Shown here piece by piece: positions 42,495 through 53,479 of a stretch of DNA of 64,000 nucleotides. How positions within the stretch are numbered: position 1 is the stretch's first letter; every line of letters begins with the position of its first letter. The position numbers were made by a program, and so were the translations under genes. This DNA comes from Aureliella sp. (GTDB lineage Bacteria; Planctomycetota; Planctomycetia; Pirellulales; Pirellulaceae), in contig OY829846.1 in the NCBI GenBank assembly GCA_963691875.1, positions 2,112,001 through 2,176,000 on the forward strand, given 5' to 3'. Under the pieces are notes generated by a model. The model made no database searches. It worked only from the letters and a program-made list of their open reading frames with translations, and was not told where the DNA came from.

Positions 42495-42521
42495 TATTTT
42501 CTAGCAGTGGAAGGTTGCTGG

Positions 42522-43658
42522 TTACCGATTTACGCTGACACCAAAGGTGAAACCCGCCATTTCAACGGCTTGATCTTGAACAAACTCGTTGCCAACACCT
42601 GGGTTCTGACCTCGCCAAATTCCCTTCGCGAAGTTGATAACATCAATACCACCCCGAACTTGGAAGAAGTTGGTAATCGAGTAGGCTGCTTCCGCCCGGG
42701 CTTCAAATCCAAACGCAAACTCTTGGTTCGACGATTGGATGAAGGTGGTCCCCGTTACCGGGTCTTGTGCCACAACGTCACCACCGACCCCATCGTATTC
42801 AGACGTGATTTGACGACGAGCTAGGGTGCGATCCTGGAAATTTTGCATCGCAAAGGCTCTGAACTCACCGGATAGCGTCCAGCGTCCGCTGTGGTTGAAG
42901 TAGCGTGCTCCGAGTTGGCCTCCAATCATGGAGTTCTTGATCGTCGTTGTATCGGAGAAGAGTGTTTCCACGGCGTTGTCTGTCGTTAAACCACCTGGGA
43001 CGGTGATTTGATTCTGCGTGCGAATGTAGTTCTCGTTCAAGGCTGTGTCGTTAAAGGTCGAGTACTTGAGGCCGATCATTGGCTCAAGCATCCCACCGTA
43101 ACGATAGGGTGAACGACGCCAGGTTTTGTTCAGCTCGAAGTTGGTCAGACCAACCACGTTCAGACTATCACCCAAAACATAGGCCCGGAAGCCAAGTTGT
43201 GGATCATTGCGATCATCTGGCGGGAACAAAGGGTCGGCCGGATCATTCACATCATCTTCGTTGACACGGTTTACTCGCTCCTGCAAGACACGATCATAGA
43301 CGTTGGGTCCCCCCATACTTCGGAAACTGACCAACCAACCGGACTCTTCCTCATTCATGAAGCCGACATCCCATCGATTACCCCAACCGAAGTCTCCTCT
43401 CGCGGAGGAAGCTTCTACTTCCGGTCTCGAAACCCAAAGATTGGTCCTATCATAAGTCGCAAACCACCCTGTGGATGCGGTCTTGCGAGGTGAGCGCTCG
43501 AGCATCTCTGTTACGTCAACCGGAGCAAAGAACTGCCAATCCGGATTAACGTCCAATACATCACCGAGTGGGTGATAAACTTGCCCAAACGCCGTTGGAC
43601 TGGCTACTATTGCGGTCAGTACCGCGACTACTCGCCAATGAAAATTCTGCAACGACAT
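42522..43658 (-). CDS. planctomycete outer-membrane beta-barrel protein (BBP7-like)
   Basis: Signal peptide, GWFATYDR, GNRWDVGF, NSMIGGQLGAR, amphipathic strands, C-terminal GFTFGVSVNR. Confidence 0.7.
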   Translation of the reverse strand: MSLQNFHWRVVAVLTAIVASPTAFGQVYHPLGDVLDVNPDWQFFAPVDVTEMLERSPRKTASTGWFATYDRTNLWVSRPEVEASSARGDFGWGNRWDVGFMNEEESGWLVSFRSMGGPNVYDRVLQERVNRVNEDDVNDPADPLFPPDDRNDPQLGFRAYVLGDSLNVVGLTNFELNKTWRRSPYRYGGMLEPMIGLKYSTFNDTALNENYIRTQNQITVPGGLTTDNAVETLFSDTTTIKNSMIGGQLGARYFNHSGRWTLSGEFRAFAMQNFQDRTLARRQITSEYDGVGGDVVAQDPVTGTTFIQSSNQEFAFGFEARAEAAYSITNFFQVRGGIDVINFAKGIWRGQNPGVGNEFVQDQAVEMAGFTFGVSVNR

Positions 43659-43960
43659 CAAACTACCTTCCACCGTAGCAAACGGAATCGCCCCCATGCG
43701 CGTCAGCCAAGACAGACTAGAGGCACGCACGAAATTCTGGTTGTGCCGGTAGTATCGGATGGTCGTCGAGGAAGAATTAAGTCACTCTAGGTAAACCTTG
43801 TCGAAAATAAGTTTTCTCTGCCTCTGAGAGCCACGTGCTAGCAACGGGAATGAGAATCTAGGAGGATTAGGTGCTACTGTCAAACGCTTGGCGGCGATTG
43901 CAACGGTGCTTTGATCCATCTCAGAAACCTTGCGCGTATCGCCGAGGCATCCCTAGGCTG

Positions 43961-44821
43961 CTATTTTTGCTCTGCAGGCTTCAACCGGCACCAAACTGGC
44001 AAATGATCGCTGGCGAAACGTCCTGACTTCGTCTTCGGATTCATGGTTTCGAATGCCTCAACTGCAACGTTTTGCGATACCAAGATGTGGTCGATCCTCT
44101 GCCCTTCTACGATCTCGCGAAATCCACACCAAGTGCTATTCGGGCCTTTATCTCTTACGCCTTCGCGCGATCGTGCATCCTCGAGGGCGGCTTCCTTTCC
44201 TTCCAGCAATGCATTCATGGGGGCACTGCCAAGCTTCGCATTCATATCTCCCATCACGACAACAGGAAGTCCCTTCGCGTTCTCAGCAACCCAATTGCGA
44301 ATCAGCTCGCCTGACTTCTTTCGAGCAGCCGAACCACGATGATCAAAGTGGGTGTTGAGTATGATCCATTCCAGTTTCGAGGAATTGTCCTGCAGTCTCA
44401 CCCAAGTAGCGATTCGCGGCAGGGCTGCGTCCCACCCTTTGCTGCCAACGGTCTTTGGATTTTCGCTGAGCCAGAATGTGCCTTTGTCGATGCAATAGAA
44501 CTCCGTCTTTCGCCAGCCTATTGGAGCGCTCTCGCCCTTTTGCTTGCCGTCGTCCCTGGCAACCCCATACCACTCCAACTTGGGTGTGGCAGATTTGATG
44601 TCGTCGAATTGCTTCCAAACAACTTCTTGAAGCCCCACAACGGAACCAGCCTCAAAGCTATCAATTACCGCTTCCTTGCGATTGCCCCAAACATCTTCGC
44701 CATCTCGTGTATTTAGATAGCGGATGTTATAGGACATCACGGTAAATGCGTCTTCCGCAGCAGTGCGCTCGGCGAATGAACCGAGCAAACAAACGCAAAG
44801 GCAAGCAATTCGAACTCTCAT
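43961..44821 (-). CDS. endonuclease/exonuclease/phosphatase family protein, secreted
   Basis: MSYNIR, GLQEV, GTFWLSE, NTHFDH, GDMNA, RIDHI, SDHLPV. Confidence 0.93.
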   Translation of the reverse strand: MRVRIACLCVCLLGSFAERTAAEDAFTVMSYNIRYLNTRDGEDVWGNRKEAVIDSFEAGSVVGLQEVVWKQFDDIKSATPKLEWYGVARDDGKQKGESAPIGWRKTEFYCIDKGTFWLSENPKTVGSKGWDAALPRIATWVRLQDNSSKLEWIILNTHFDHRGSAARKKSGELIRNWVAENAKGLPVVVMGDMNAKLGSAPMNALLEGKEAALEDARSREGVRDKGPNSTWCGFREIVEGQRIDHILVSQNVAVEAFETMNPKTKSGRFASDHLPVWCRLKPAEQK

Positions 44822-44985
44822 TCTTGATCCCTTTCTTTAATCCAACCACGGTAGCAAGAAGGCCTTCAATGAGGCCAAGCGATTGCCTTCGACGTGGTCC
44901 TAAACTTCTCTTGAGCGCTTAAAATAGCTACCTGCGCGACGCTCTATGATAGCGACTCTGCCTGCCAGCAATCGGAAAACCTCAA

Positions 44986-45828
44986 ATGCCTCACCCGCCA
45001 CCTGATGCCCAGCTACCTAAAGTCAATAAGCCGCTAATGGGTGGGTTTCGTGTTTTCAATCGCCGCTATCTTCGCAAGCACTTTCATGTCATCGCGCGGT
45101 CTCGTACTACTGGATTGCCCCATGATATTCCGAGCACCGATAGCGTCGTCGTGTACGCCAATCACGCCTCGTGGTGGGATCCTTTGCTGGCTATTTTTTT
45201 GGCAGAGGACCTGTTTCCGTCTTTTGGTATGTATGCTCCGATCGATGCAGAAGCATTTGAGAAATACCGGATCTTTGGGCAGATGGGGTTTTATCCCGTC
45301 GCCCAAAACAGCCTGGAAGGCGCAAAGCACTTCTTGAAAGTCAGTCGGGCTATCTTGGCCCAATCAGGCAATTCGATCTGGCTCACCCCCGAAGGTCGCT
45401 TCGCAGATGTACGCGATCACAGCGAGGCTCTTATGCCAGGCTTAGCACATCTGGGGCATGCGTTAGGGAAAAGCAAAGTCGTTGACTCGGAGAGTCCAAA
45501 CGTTTGGTTTTTGCCGCTGGCCATCGAGTACTGCTTTTGGGAAGAGAAAATGCCAGAGCTGTTGCTTCACTTCGGAGAACCTGTTGCGACGGAGAGTGTG
45601 GAGGCAGAAGCACTTACGAGCAAAGAACTTTGGGACCAGAAACTCTCGTCGAACCTCCGCCAAGCGCAGAGTGAACTCGCAGCGCTATCGATCGCTCGAG
45701 ATTCAGACGCATTTGAAGTGTTGCTGCGAAGTCGCAGCGGGACTTTCTTCATCTACGACTGGTGGCGCAGTCTTTCCAGCCGACTGCGTGGCAAACAGAT
45801 GAGTACGGAACACAGCGACAAGTTTTAG
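44986..45828 (+). CDS. lysophospholipid acyltransferase (PlsC-like)
   Basis: NHASWWD (HxxxxD), TPEGR, PLAIEY. Confidence 0.88.
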   Translation: MPHPPPDAQLPKVNKPLMGGFRVFNRRYLRKHFHVIARSRTTGLPHDIPSTDSVVVYANHASWWDPLLAIFLAEDLFPSFGMYAPIDAEAFEKYRIFGQMGFYPVAQNSLEGAKHFLKVSRAILAQSGNSIWLTPEGRFADVRDHSEALMPGLAHLGHALGKSKVVDSESPNVWFLPLAIEYCFWEEKMPELLLHFGEPVATESVEAEALTSKELWDQKLSSNLRQAQSELAALSIARDSDAFEVLLRSRSGTFFIYDWWRSLSSRLRGKQMSTEHSDKF

Positions 45829-45936
45829 AGGAGCTGCTAGCTTGAACTTGTACTCGTGCGAAACGGGCATTCTGAATCGTGGCTGAATTCACGCGAATTT
45901 TGACATGCTGGAACCTTATCCCGCTCTCGCTGGCCT

Positions 45937-46554
45937 CTAAGCTGGAACCTCGGGCGAAGCAGGATAGTACACCGTGATCGCGGCGGTACTTTTGCTAAGA
46001 TCGATTTTGGAGACTTTCACACGCTGCACCTCAAGACCGGTCCTTTCTCGCAGATCCGCCAACAACTCATCTCTTCGGGACGGTGCTAGCAATTCTGGTT
46101 TGTCATAGACCATGCATTGTTTGACCTGGCTCTTGATGCTGATTACGGATCGTTCGAGCAGATACGTGGTGAGCACTATGGCGTAGTTGGTTACCGCCAG
46201 CTCCACGTAGCTTGTCTTCTTGTTCGACAAAGCGTTGATCACAGCAATTCCAACTATCACAAACAGATACGTCATCTCTTTGACGCGAATCGAGTCGGTT
46301 CGATATCGAATGATTCCGAAGATGGCGAACAGCCCCAGTGCCATTCCCAGGCCGAGTTCCAGCTTCTTCAATGCGAAGCAAATGAAGAAGACCATGATGT
46401 TGAGGAGCAAGAAGGTGAAAACGTAGGCGTTCTCCTTCTGAAACCGTCGGTAGCACCCCAAGACGACACATAGCACCACGGTAACATTTAGCGCAAGACG
46501 CACCAACATCTTATAGATGTCATCATCGAAAATCGGGACTTCGAGAAATTCCAT
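45937..46554 (-). CDS. DUF4956 membrane protein
   Basis: LGMALGLFAIFGIIRYRTD, KEMTYLF, C-terminal LLADLRERTGL. Confidence 0.9.
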   Translation of the reverse strand: MEFLEVPIFDDDIYKMLVRLALNVTVVLCVVLGCYRRFQKENAYVFTFLLLNIMVFFICFALKKLELGLGMALGLFAIFGIIRYRTDSIRVKEMTYLFVIVGIAVINALSNKKTSYVELAVTNYAIVLTTYLLERSVISIKSQVKQCMVYDKPELLAPSRRDELLADLRERTGLEVQRVKVSKIDLSKSTAAITVYYPASPEVPA

Positions 46555-46671
46555 GCAGGGCGCCCCTTTAATGCGAATTGTTGCGTCGGAGCCCGGACTC
46601 GGGCCGCCAACGCTGGGGAAAGTTTGAAGAAGAGCGGCTAAAGTCTGATAACCAACTTTTTGTGGCAGATT

Positions 46672-48390
46672 CTATTTTTCAGCTTGGTAGTTGAGCAAGA
46701 ACTCGGATCGCTCTTCGCAGAACTTACGAAGATCGCCATTCTCAGGATCGGTAGCTTGCAGGAATGCCTGGTAGCTCATTAGCTTACGTGTGTCTGCTTT
46801 TACTTCGTCTACGATCAAGGCTCTAGCGGCAGCGATTGAAGAACCGATCTTTTCCCAGCTGAGATGTTCAGTGGCTATCTCTTCCATGTATGCCAGATAT
46901 TTTGCTTGCAACCTTTCGTTCTCGAGGAGACGACTGCGGAGAGGCATTCTATCGTTGTCGATACCTACCAATGGATCGAGTGTAACGCCTCCTCCGCCGG
47001 GGCCTCTTCCTGGTCCACCAGGGCCCCCGCGCCCACCAAAGAAACCACCACCAGGGCCTCCTGGTCCACCGCCAGGTCCGCCGGGACCACCTTGGCCACC
47101 TGGACCTCGACCGCCCCGCTCTGGCGGTCCGCCTTCCAAATCGCCGAACAGGAAGTCCAGAATCGCATCAATGTCATCAGGGCCTCCACGTGGTCCGCGA
47201 CCTCTGCCGCCAGGCCCACCTCCTCCGTGGCCGCCAGAAAAGGACTCGTTCATGTCGTGCGGAATTATATGAAACTTACCGTCTTTGTTCTGATAGATGC
47301 TGTAATCGCTGGCGCGCGTCCAATAGCCATCACTGTTTACCAAAGCTACATCTGCGGCCAGAAACCAGAGAGTGCCTTCTAGATCCAAAACTGGATCGAG
47401 CACCGTGTCTAGCTCATCCGTCGGAGTTTCATCCAGCAGCTTGCAGAACGCCTTCAGATCTTGCCAAGCCTTTTCCTCATCCTTGGATTTGATATCGAAG
47501 CGTTGGCGGTACAACTCGGTGTTTTCACCTAGATAACGCAAGCCTCCGTCGGCGTTGGGATTTCCGCTGACTTTCCAACGTGCTCCTTTCTTGGAGCCAT
47601 AATTCTCCTTGAGGAAGTCTTTATTGAATTGCTGCGCATTTGCGTAGATTCCCCAACTCCGACCATTGATCACAACCTTGACGAAATTGACTTTCGGCGT
47701 CGCTATCTTTGCTCCCGCAATCCCCGAATACAAAAGGGAGCTCATCATGCTTGCGTCGCCATTGCAATTCAGCAGATTCAACGTCTTGTACCCGTAAAGC
47801 CGCTGGTCTTCATTCATGAAATCAACGGAGAGATTAAGCGAACGCTTGCTGCCAGTCGGAATCATGAAGAAGGATGAAGCGCCTCGAAAGCTGACTCCGA
47901 CACCCTCTAAGACTTTTCCATCGACGGTCATTCTGGCTGGGATTTCGACATCGGTCGGCTTGAAGACCTCAAGTTCCGCTTCCCATTCCGGATTGTCAAA
48001 ATCGAGAAAGATCGTCCGAAGCACAGTGGTATCGTAGAGTTTTGCATCCGGGAAGAATTCAACTTCGTCAGGATTCACTTCCGGCCCTTCGGTACCCAGA
48101 GCATTGCCGCGACCACCACCCGGTCCACGACCAGGAGGCCCACCTCGACCACCAGGGCCGCCACGTCGGCCGCGGCTGTTGGCCGCCATCCACTGTTGAG
48201 CTTTCTCTCGCTCCGCAGCATCAAGCCGCCCATTCTCATCCGCATCAAACTTCTCTACGAGCTCAATGTCCGGAGCATTGGGACCACCAGGTCCCTGGGC
48301 TAGCAAGTGAGTATAAGCCTGGAATCCAAAGAAAAGGACCAATCCAACCGAGAAGGCAGACAGGAGCTTAGATTTTCGCGAGCGAAGCAT
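46672..48390 (-). CDS. CotH family secreted kinase with EF-hand-like motif and Gly/Pro-rich inserts
   Basis: VGVSFRGASS, KRSLNL, KTLNLLN, VVINGRSWGIY, LVNSDGY, IPHDMNE; DADENGRLDAAE. Confidence 0.88.
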   Translation of the reverse strand: MLRSRKSKLLSAFSVGLVLFFGFQAYTHLLAQGPGGPNAPDIELVEKFDADENGRLDAAEREKAQQWMAANSRGRRGGPGGRGGPPGRGPGGGRGNALGTEGPEVNPDEVEFFPDAKLYDTTVLRTIFLDFDNPEWEAELEVFKPTDVEIPARMTVDGKVLEGVGVSFRGASSFFMIPTGSKRSLNLSVDFMNEDQRLYGYKTLNLLNCNGDASMMSSLLYSGIAGAKIATPKVNFVKVVINGRSWGIYANAQQFNKDFLKENYGSKKGARWKVSGNPNADGGLRYLGENTELYRQRFDIKSKDEEKAWQDLKAFCKLLDETPTDELDTVLDPVLDLEGTLWFLAADVALVNSDGYWTRASDYSIYQNKDGKFHIIPHDMNESFSGGHGGGGPGGRGRGPRGGPDDIDAILDFLFGDLEGGPPERGGRGPGGQGGPGGPGGGPGGPGGGFFGGRGGPGGPGRGPGGGGVTLDPLVGIDNDRMPLRSRLLENERLQAKYLAYMEEIATEHLSWEKIGSSIAAARALIVDEVKADTRKLMSYQAFLQATDPENGDLRKFCEERSEFLLNYQAEK

Positions 48391-48717
48391 CTCGGAATTC
48401 CTAACCGTAGAATGTGGTGAATCGAGCAGTGGAAAGAACGAACTGAGGTCGAAGGCGATCGAGCAATCACTCGAGCGTTTTGCGGACCTTCCTTCGGTTC
48501 TAACAATTCCGCAGAGTGGGCCATTCTGAGGACAGCGGCCAGAGTTCGGAGGCAGGAATAAACGGACGTGAAAAGGCAGTTTCGACGGAAGGGACTTGGG
48601 CCTCAGGAATTCAGCCGCGTGCTCACGCCGTTTTTTATCTGCACAAATAGACTATTCGTCCGCAGCCTCATCGGTTGTCATTAGAGCCCAAAAAGTAACT
48701 CAACTGGAATCACGGAT

Positions 48718-50642
48718 ATGAACCTCGCGAAACAGTTGTTCTTTTTCTGCATTGCAGGACTGGTGTTCCTGATGCCAAAGGCAGCATACGCAACAGAAAA
48801 CACAAACCGCCCAAACATCCTGTGGATCGTAGCCGAAGACATCTCGCCGTTTTTCGGTTGCTATGGATCGCCCGATGATATCACTCCCAACATCAATGCC
48901 TTCGCCGAAAGATCACATCTTTTCAAACGAGCCTATACTACAGCGCCGATCTGTTCGCCTTCGCGCTCCTACCTGGTAACTGGAATGTATGCGACTTCAT
49001 TGGGTTCTCAGAATCTGCTTAGCAAGATTGAATTACCGCCTGAGATATCAACCTTGGCAAAAATTCTGAAAGAACATGGATACTGGACCGCTCTACGTGG
49101 CAAGACGGACTACAACTTCGACGCAAACGGTTTGTTCGACTACTGGAAGCAAGACGCGAAGCCATGGCGAGCGTGTCCCCAGGACAAACCGTTTTTCGCT
49201 TTTATTTTTTCGCTTTTATGAATCTGGGCAGCAACTATGAGGGCAGTGGCAACCAACCTGAACGCGCTGCAGATGCCCTCAGCAAATTGCCGGCTGGTTG
49301 CAAGCGCGATCCAGCCGCAATCACCTTGTCACCACATCACCCCGACTCGTCGGATATGCGACGCATCTAGGCTCGATACCATGAGTTGATAACCGTTTTT
49401 GATCTGGAAGTCGGCCGAGTGTTGGACCAATTGAAAGCAGATGGTTTGGCCGACAACACCATTGTCTTTCTCATGGCCGATCACGGGATGGGCTTCCCCG
49501 CTACAAGCGTTGGCTTTATCTGACCGGACTGCATGTTCCCTTAATCTTACACCTTCCGAAAAAGTTCGCAGGTAAGCAGGGGCAGTCCTCCGTTCGCAAT
49601 GCACTGGTGTCCTACGTTGATCTTCCCGCAACGTCGCTCGAAATGGCCGGAATCGAGGCACCAAGTTACCTCGCGGGAAAAAGCATCTTCTCGGATAGAG
49701 GGCGACAGTACGTCTTTAACGCACGTGATCGCGCGGAAGACATGTTCGATCTTAGCCGCTGTGTATTTGACGGACGCTACCTCTACATCCGCCACTATCT
49801 TCCGCACCTGCACCGATGCAGGAAGGGTATACTCTAAGTCCGGTCTACAAAGAATCCCTCATTGAGCTGCACCGGCTACACGACGGTGGCCTCGATACAG
49901 CACAGAGTCAGAAATTGTGGGAGCCCTCCCTTTCGAAGAACTCTACGGCATTCAGAACGATCCCCACGAACAACACGATGTCGCGAATTACCAGGGTCTT
50001 GCTAGTGTGAGAGCCCGCCTAGTAAAGCAGCTGAAAAACTGGATTATCGAAACACGCGATAGTGGCTTTCTCACTGAGCCCGAAATGCACCGGAGAGCGA
50101 TTACTGCGAACTCGGCACAGCACAAAATCCTGAGCAACGCTGAAACCCATCCCATCGAGGGCATTCTTGCGGCAGCCGATCAAGCATCACGGCCAGGCAG
50201 CAAACTACTACAGGGTGGAAACGACCCAGCGCTCGACTTCTGGGCGATCCAGCAACGCATCATTCGAAATGACTCTTATGACTTGTCGCGACGTTTCTTA
50301 AAAACAAAGCTCGCGAGCGATACCCCAGCTGTTCGAACAGCCGCTGCCGAGTCCCTCGTCCGGCTGGGTGACAAAGACGCTGCCATCCCAGTATTTCGTG
50401 AATTATTGGCGATGCCTGAGCCCAACCTGCGTCTCTATGTCGCGCGTTCTTTGGCAATCTCTTTTGACAACTGCAAGCGGCTTGAGGAAGAAATCCGAGC
50501 TGCCCGACAAGATATGCTTGCTCCGCACGGTTCCTCGCGGCCCTGGAAGGATTTCGTATACTCGGCCTTCACAACTTGGGCGCTGGAGTGGGCTTTGGTC
50601 AAAAGCGGCTTGAACGAGTGGAGTGATTTTCAGGGCTTGTAG
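48718..50642 (+). pseudogene. sulfatase with C-terminal HEAT-like region, broken
   Basis: RPNILWIVAED, CSPSRS, ADHG, ARDR; 14-bp duplication 49192-49219, TAG 49368-49370, frameshifts near 49497, 49812 and 49927. Confidence 0.9.
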
Positions 50643-50683
50643 TTGTATTTACTAGCAGAGATCAAATTGACTGATAAGAACTG

Positions 50684-52258
50684 ATGATAGTAAAGACGTT
50701 AAATCCAACACCGCCAGCTCGTGTGTTGCTGCTGACTTGCTTAATCATGCAGTCATCGCTTGCATGTAATGCGGGAGAATCGAATCCAGGTGCAGCCGCC
50801 ACCAAGCGTCCTAACATCTTGTTCATCATGTCGGACGACCACACGACTCAGGCCATTGGTGCCTACGGAAGTCGTCTTGCGGGGCTTAATCCAACTCCAA
50901 ACATCGATGCGTTGGCCACAGGTGGAATGCGATTCGACCGAGTGTTCTGCAATAACTCAATCTGCACGCCGAGCCGCGCGAGCATTATCACTGGGCAATA
51001 TCCTCAAACGAATGGAGTGCTGGATCTCGCCGGGAATATTCCTCCCTCGCAACAATTTCTTCCCATCGAGATGAAGAAGGCTGGCTACCAAACCGCCATG
51101 ATTGGAAAATGGCACCTCAAACAAGAGCCCGCTGCTTTTGATTACTACTGCGTTCTTCCAGGTCAGGGACGCTATTTTGATCCCACTTTTCGAGTTCGCG
51201 GCGAGAATTCATGGCCCAAGAACACGATTCAGAAAAAGGGCAGTCACTCTAGCGATGCAATCACCGATCTCAGCCTTGAATGGCTGGAGAAGTCGTGGCA
51301 TCGCGATAAGCCGTTCTTTCTAATGCATCACTTCAAAGCACCTCATGACATGTTCCAGAACGCCCCGCGTTACGAAACCTATCTTGAGGATGAAACAATT
51401 CCCGAACCCAGCAACCTGCGAGGGCAACCCACAACTGGCTTCGGCTCCGGTGCCAGTCGCGGATATGGTTCGGGCTTGGCAAAGGGACACGAAAAGTGGC
51501 AACTCGGGCGGCGTTTGGGAATCGACCAGAACTTGGAGGAGCCGGAGTATACGACGCAGAACTACCAAAAGTACCTGAAACGCTACTTGCGCTGCGTCAA
51601 AGGCGTGGATGACAACGTGAAGCGTTTAGTCGAGTTCCTGCGCACCGCAGGTGAACTTGAAAATACGATCATCATCTACACCGGCGACCAAGGATTCTTC
51701 CTCGGTGAACACGATCTTATGGACAAACGCTGGATCTACGAAGAGGCGATGAGGATGCCGTTGATCGTTCATTACCCAGCAGGGGTAAAGCAGAAATCGA
51801 CGAACAACTGGCTGATCAACAACACGGACTTTGCACCAACGATTCTCGCATTTGCAGGCGTAGAAACACCGGCGTACATGCAAGGAAGAAGTTTTGCTGC
51901 AGCCATCCACGGAGAAGCGAAACCTGCCGACTGGCGAAAGGCAACCTACTATCGCTACTGGATGCACATGGCCCACAACCTGCGCGTTCCAGCGCACTTT
52001 GGCCTACGCACCGATCGCTACAAGCTCATCTTCTTCTATGGCACCACACCTGACGGCAAGAATCCAACACCTGTCGCCTGGGAGTTCTATGACCTCGCAC
52101 AAGACCCCCAAGAGATGCAGAACAAATACGAGGATCCGAAGTATGCTACCAAGATCGCCGAGCTGAAGGAGGAACTGCAGAAGAAACGTCAAAAGCTGCG
52201 CGAGACCGATAACAACTTTCCAGCCGTCCAAGGGATCATTGATATCCACTGGAACTAA
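50684..52258 (+). CDS. FGly-dependent sulfatase (S1 family)
   Basis: PNILFIMSDDH, CTPSRASIITG, GKWHL, GDQGFFLGEH..DKRWIYEE; frame intact. Confidence 0.95.
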   Translation: MIVKTLNPTPPARVLLLTCLIMQSSLACNAGESNPGAAATKRPNILFIMSDDHTTQAIGAYGSRLAGLNPTPNIDALATGGMRFDRVFCNNSICTPSRASIITGQYPQTNGVLDLAGNIPPSQQFLPIEMKKAGYQTAMIGKWHLKQEPAAFDYYCVLPGQGRYFDPTFRVRGENSWPKNTIQKKGSHSSDAITDLSLEWLEKSWHRDKPFFLMHHFKAPHDMFQNAPRYETYLEDETIPEPSNLRGQPTTGFGSGASRGYGSGLAKGHEKWQLGRRLGIDQNLEEPEYTTQNYQKYLKRYLRCVKGVDDNVKRLVEFLRTAGELENTIIIYTGDQGFFLGEHDLMDKRWIYEEAMRMPLIVHYPAGVKQKSTNNWLINNTDFAPTILAFAGVETPAYMQGRSFAAAIHGEAKPADWRKATYYRYWMHMAHNLRVPAHFGLRTDRYKLIFFYGTTPDGKNPTPVAWEFYDLAQDPQEMQNKYEDPKYATKIAELKEELQKKRQKLRETDNNFPAVQGIIDIHWN

Positions 52259-52285
52259 CGCGCCCCCTCCGCAATACAAAATGAT

Positions 52286-52774
52286 TTACGGATTAGCGGG
52301 ACCAGGCATTGGCAGTCGATGCTTAGCAACTATCTTGTCGAATAGCTGGCGCGGGCTGGCGGCTGTTCTAAAGTTGCCGCTCCGTTCCTCGTCAACAAAA
52401 ACGTTAACTTGAACACACTGAAAACAGATCACCAAGTCTACGACTTCCTTCGCCCTTGATATCCTAAGACCGTGCCGCGGCTTGGAGCATCCAGTCGCAT
52501 CGTCTGGGGCAGAAGCAATGCCAGACTTGAAACCTTCGACGCTCTCCCTTCCTTTCTCTTCGTCGAGCTTCGCACTTACTAGGACTTCCCAGCCGTGGAA
52601 ATCGCTTTCGGGTTGTTCGTTAAGGTGCTCTGGATTGAGCCAGTAGAGTTCAACGTCCTGGTCGCTCTTCAAAATCACTGCCAGTTCGTCTGGTAATCCC
52701 CAAGAATCGACCTCGCTCTTGCCACAGCGAGGAAATATCGCAAGCGTCAGAATCACTATGCAATGCTGTTTCAT
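52286..52774 (-). CDS. hypothetical protein, possibly exported
   Basis: FHGWEVL, C-xx-PRHG and DLVICFQC motifs; start placed at ATG 52774. Confidence 0.7.
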   Translation of the reverse strand: MKQHCIVILTLAIFPRCGKSEVDSWGLPDELAVILKSDQDVELYWLNPEHLNEQPESDFHGWEVLVSAKLDEEKGRESVEGFKSGIASAPDDATGCSKPRHGLRISRAKEVVDLVICFQCVQVNVFVDEERSGNFRTAASPRQLFDKIVAKHRLPMPGPANP

Positions 52775-52930
52775 TGCGATTCTAGCCCTTGAGAACTGGC
52801 GAGAAACGAGCCGCATGAACGCGGAACGTGGAGAATCTCAAACGGACTCCCTAGATCCTATGCTCTGCAGATCACTGAAGCAGATTGGCTGATACTATGT
52901 CGAGTCTAAGGCCGGCTGAAGGTCAAAAGA

Positions 52931-53479
52931 TCACAGCTCGTTCTGCTCGCCAAGCCACTGGGCTAACTCTTTGATATCTTCGACTTCCATGCCGAAAACC
53001 ATATCCAGGCGGTGTGACGCGTGAACGGCCAAAACGTGATACTCCCGGAAGTAAATCACTTGCTCCTGCTGCACGCCGTGCAAGCGTGATTCGACTAAAG
53101 GATTGTCTACTCGAGCGGAAAAGAAATCTCCTTCCCTCTGGATGACTTGCCCCCAAAAATCCTCTCCCCAGCCACGCGAAGGTACGGGTTGGGGCGGCAG
53201 TGGGACCAACGTCGCTGGGTGGTCATGCCGCAATATAGGACTGGAAAGTTCCCCGCTGCAGGAGGGGCAACTGCACTGAGCCGCATCTTCTTCGTGCATC
53301 GAAAAACGCAGCGAATCCAAACGCAGCTCAACAAAGTGCCCTACAGCGACATGCCGTTTGATCACTGGCGGAGGAATCTGAAACTGTTTGCCGAATTCCT
53401 CCTGCTTGGCGACGCCGTCGATCAACTCGTAATCGTTCAAAAAAACTTGCTCGCAAAATTGAAACTCAAGAGATGGCAT
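52931..53479 (-). CDS. hypothetical protein with CxCxxC motif
   Basis: 182-aa ORF; CSCPSC, GWGEDFW. Confidence 0.7.
   Translation of the reverse strand: MPSLEFQFCEQVFLNDYELIDGVAKQEEFGKQFQIPPPVIKRHVAVGHFVELRLDSLRFSMHEEDAAQCSCPSCSGELSSPILRHDHPATLVPLPPQPVPSRGWGEDFWGQVIQREGDFFSARVDNPLVESRLHGVQQEQVIYFREYHVLAVHASHRLDMVFGMEVEDIKELAQWLGEQNEL

Noticed and set aside
44986..45828. Acyltransferase as part of a carotenoid cluster
   Set aside because: No desaturase or glycosyltransferase neighbours in the window
40947..46604. Shared hairpin GCCCGGACTC(C)GGGC at 40947-40961 and 46591-46604 as a REP-like or regulatory family
   Set aside because: Only two short GC-rich copies, in opposite orientation relative to their transcripts
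46790..47382. Pro-rich plus-strand ORFs
   Set aside because: Antisense shadows of the Gly-rich CotH insert
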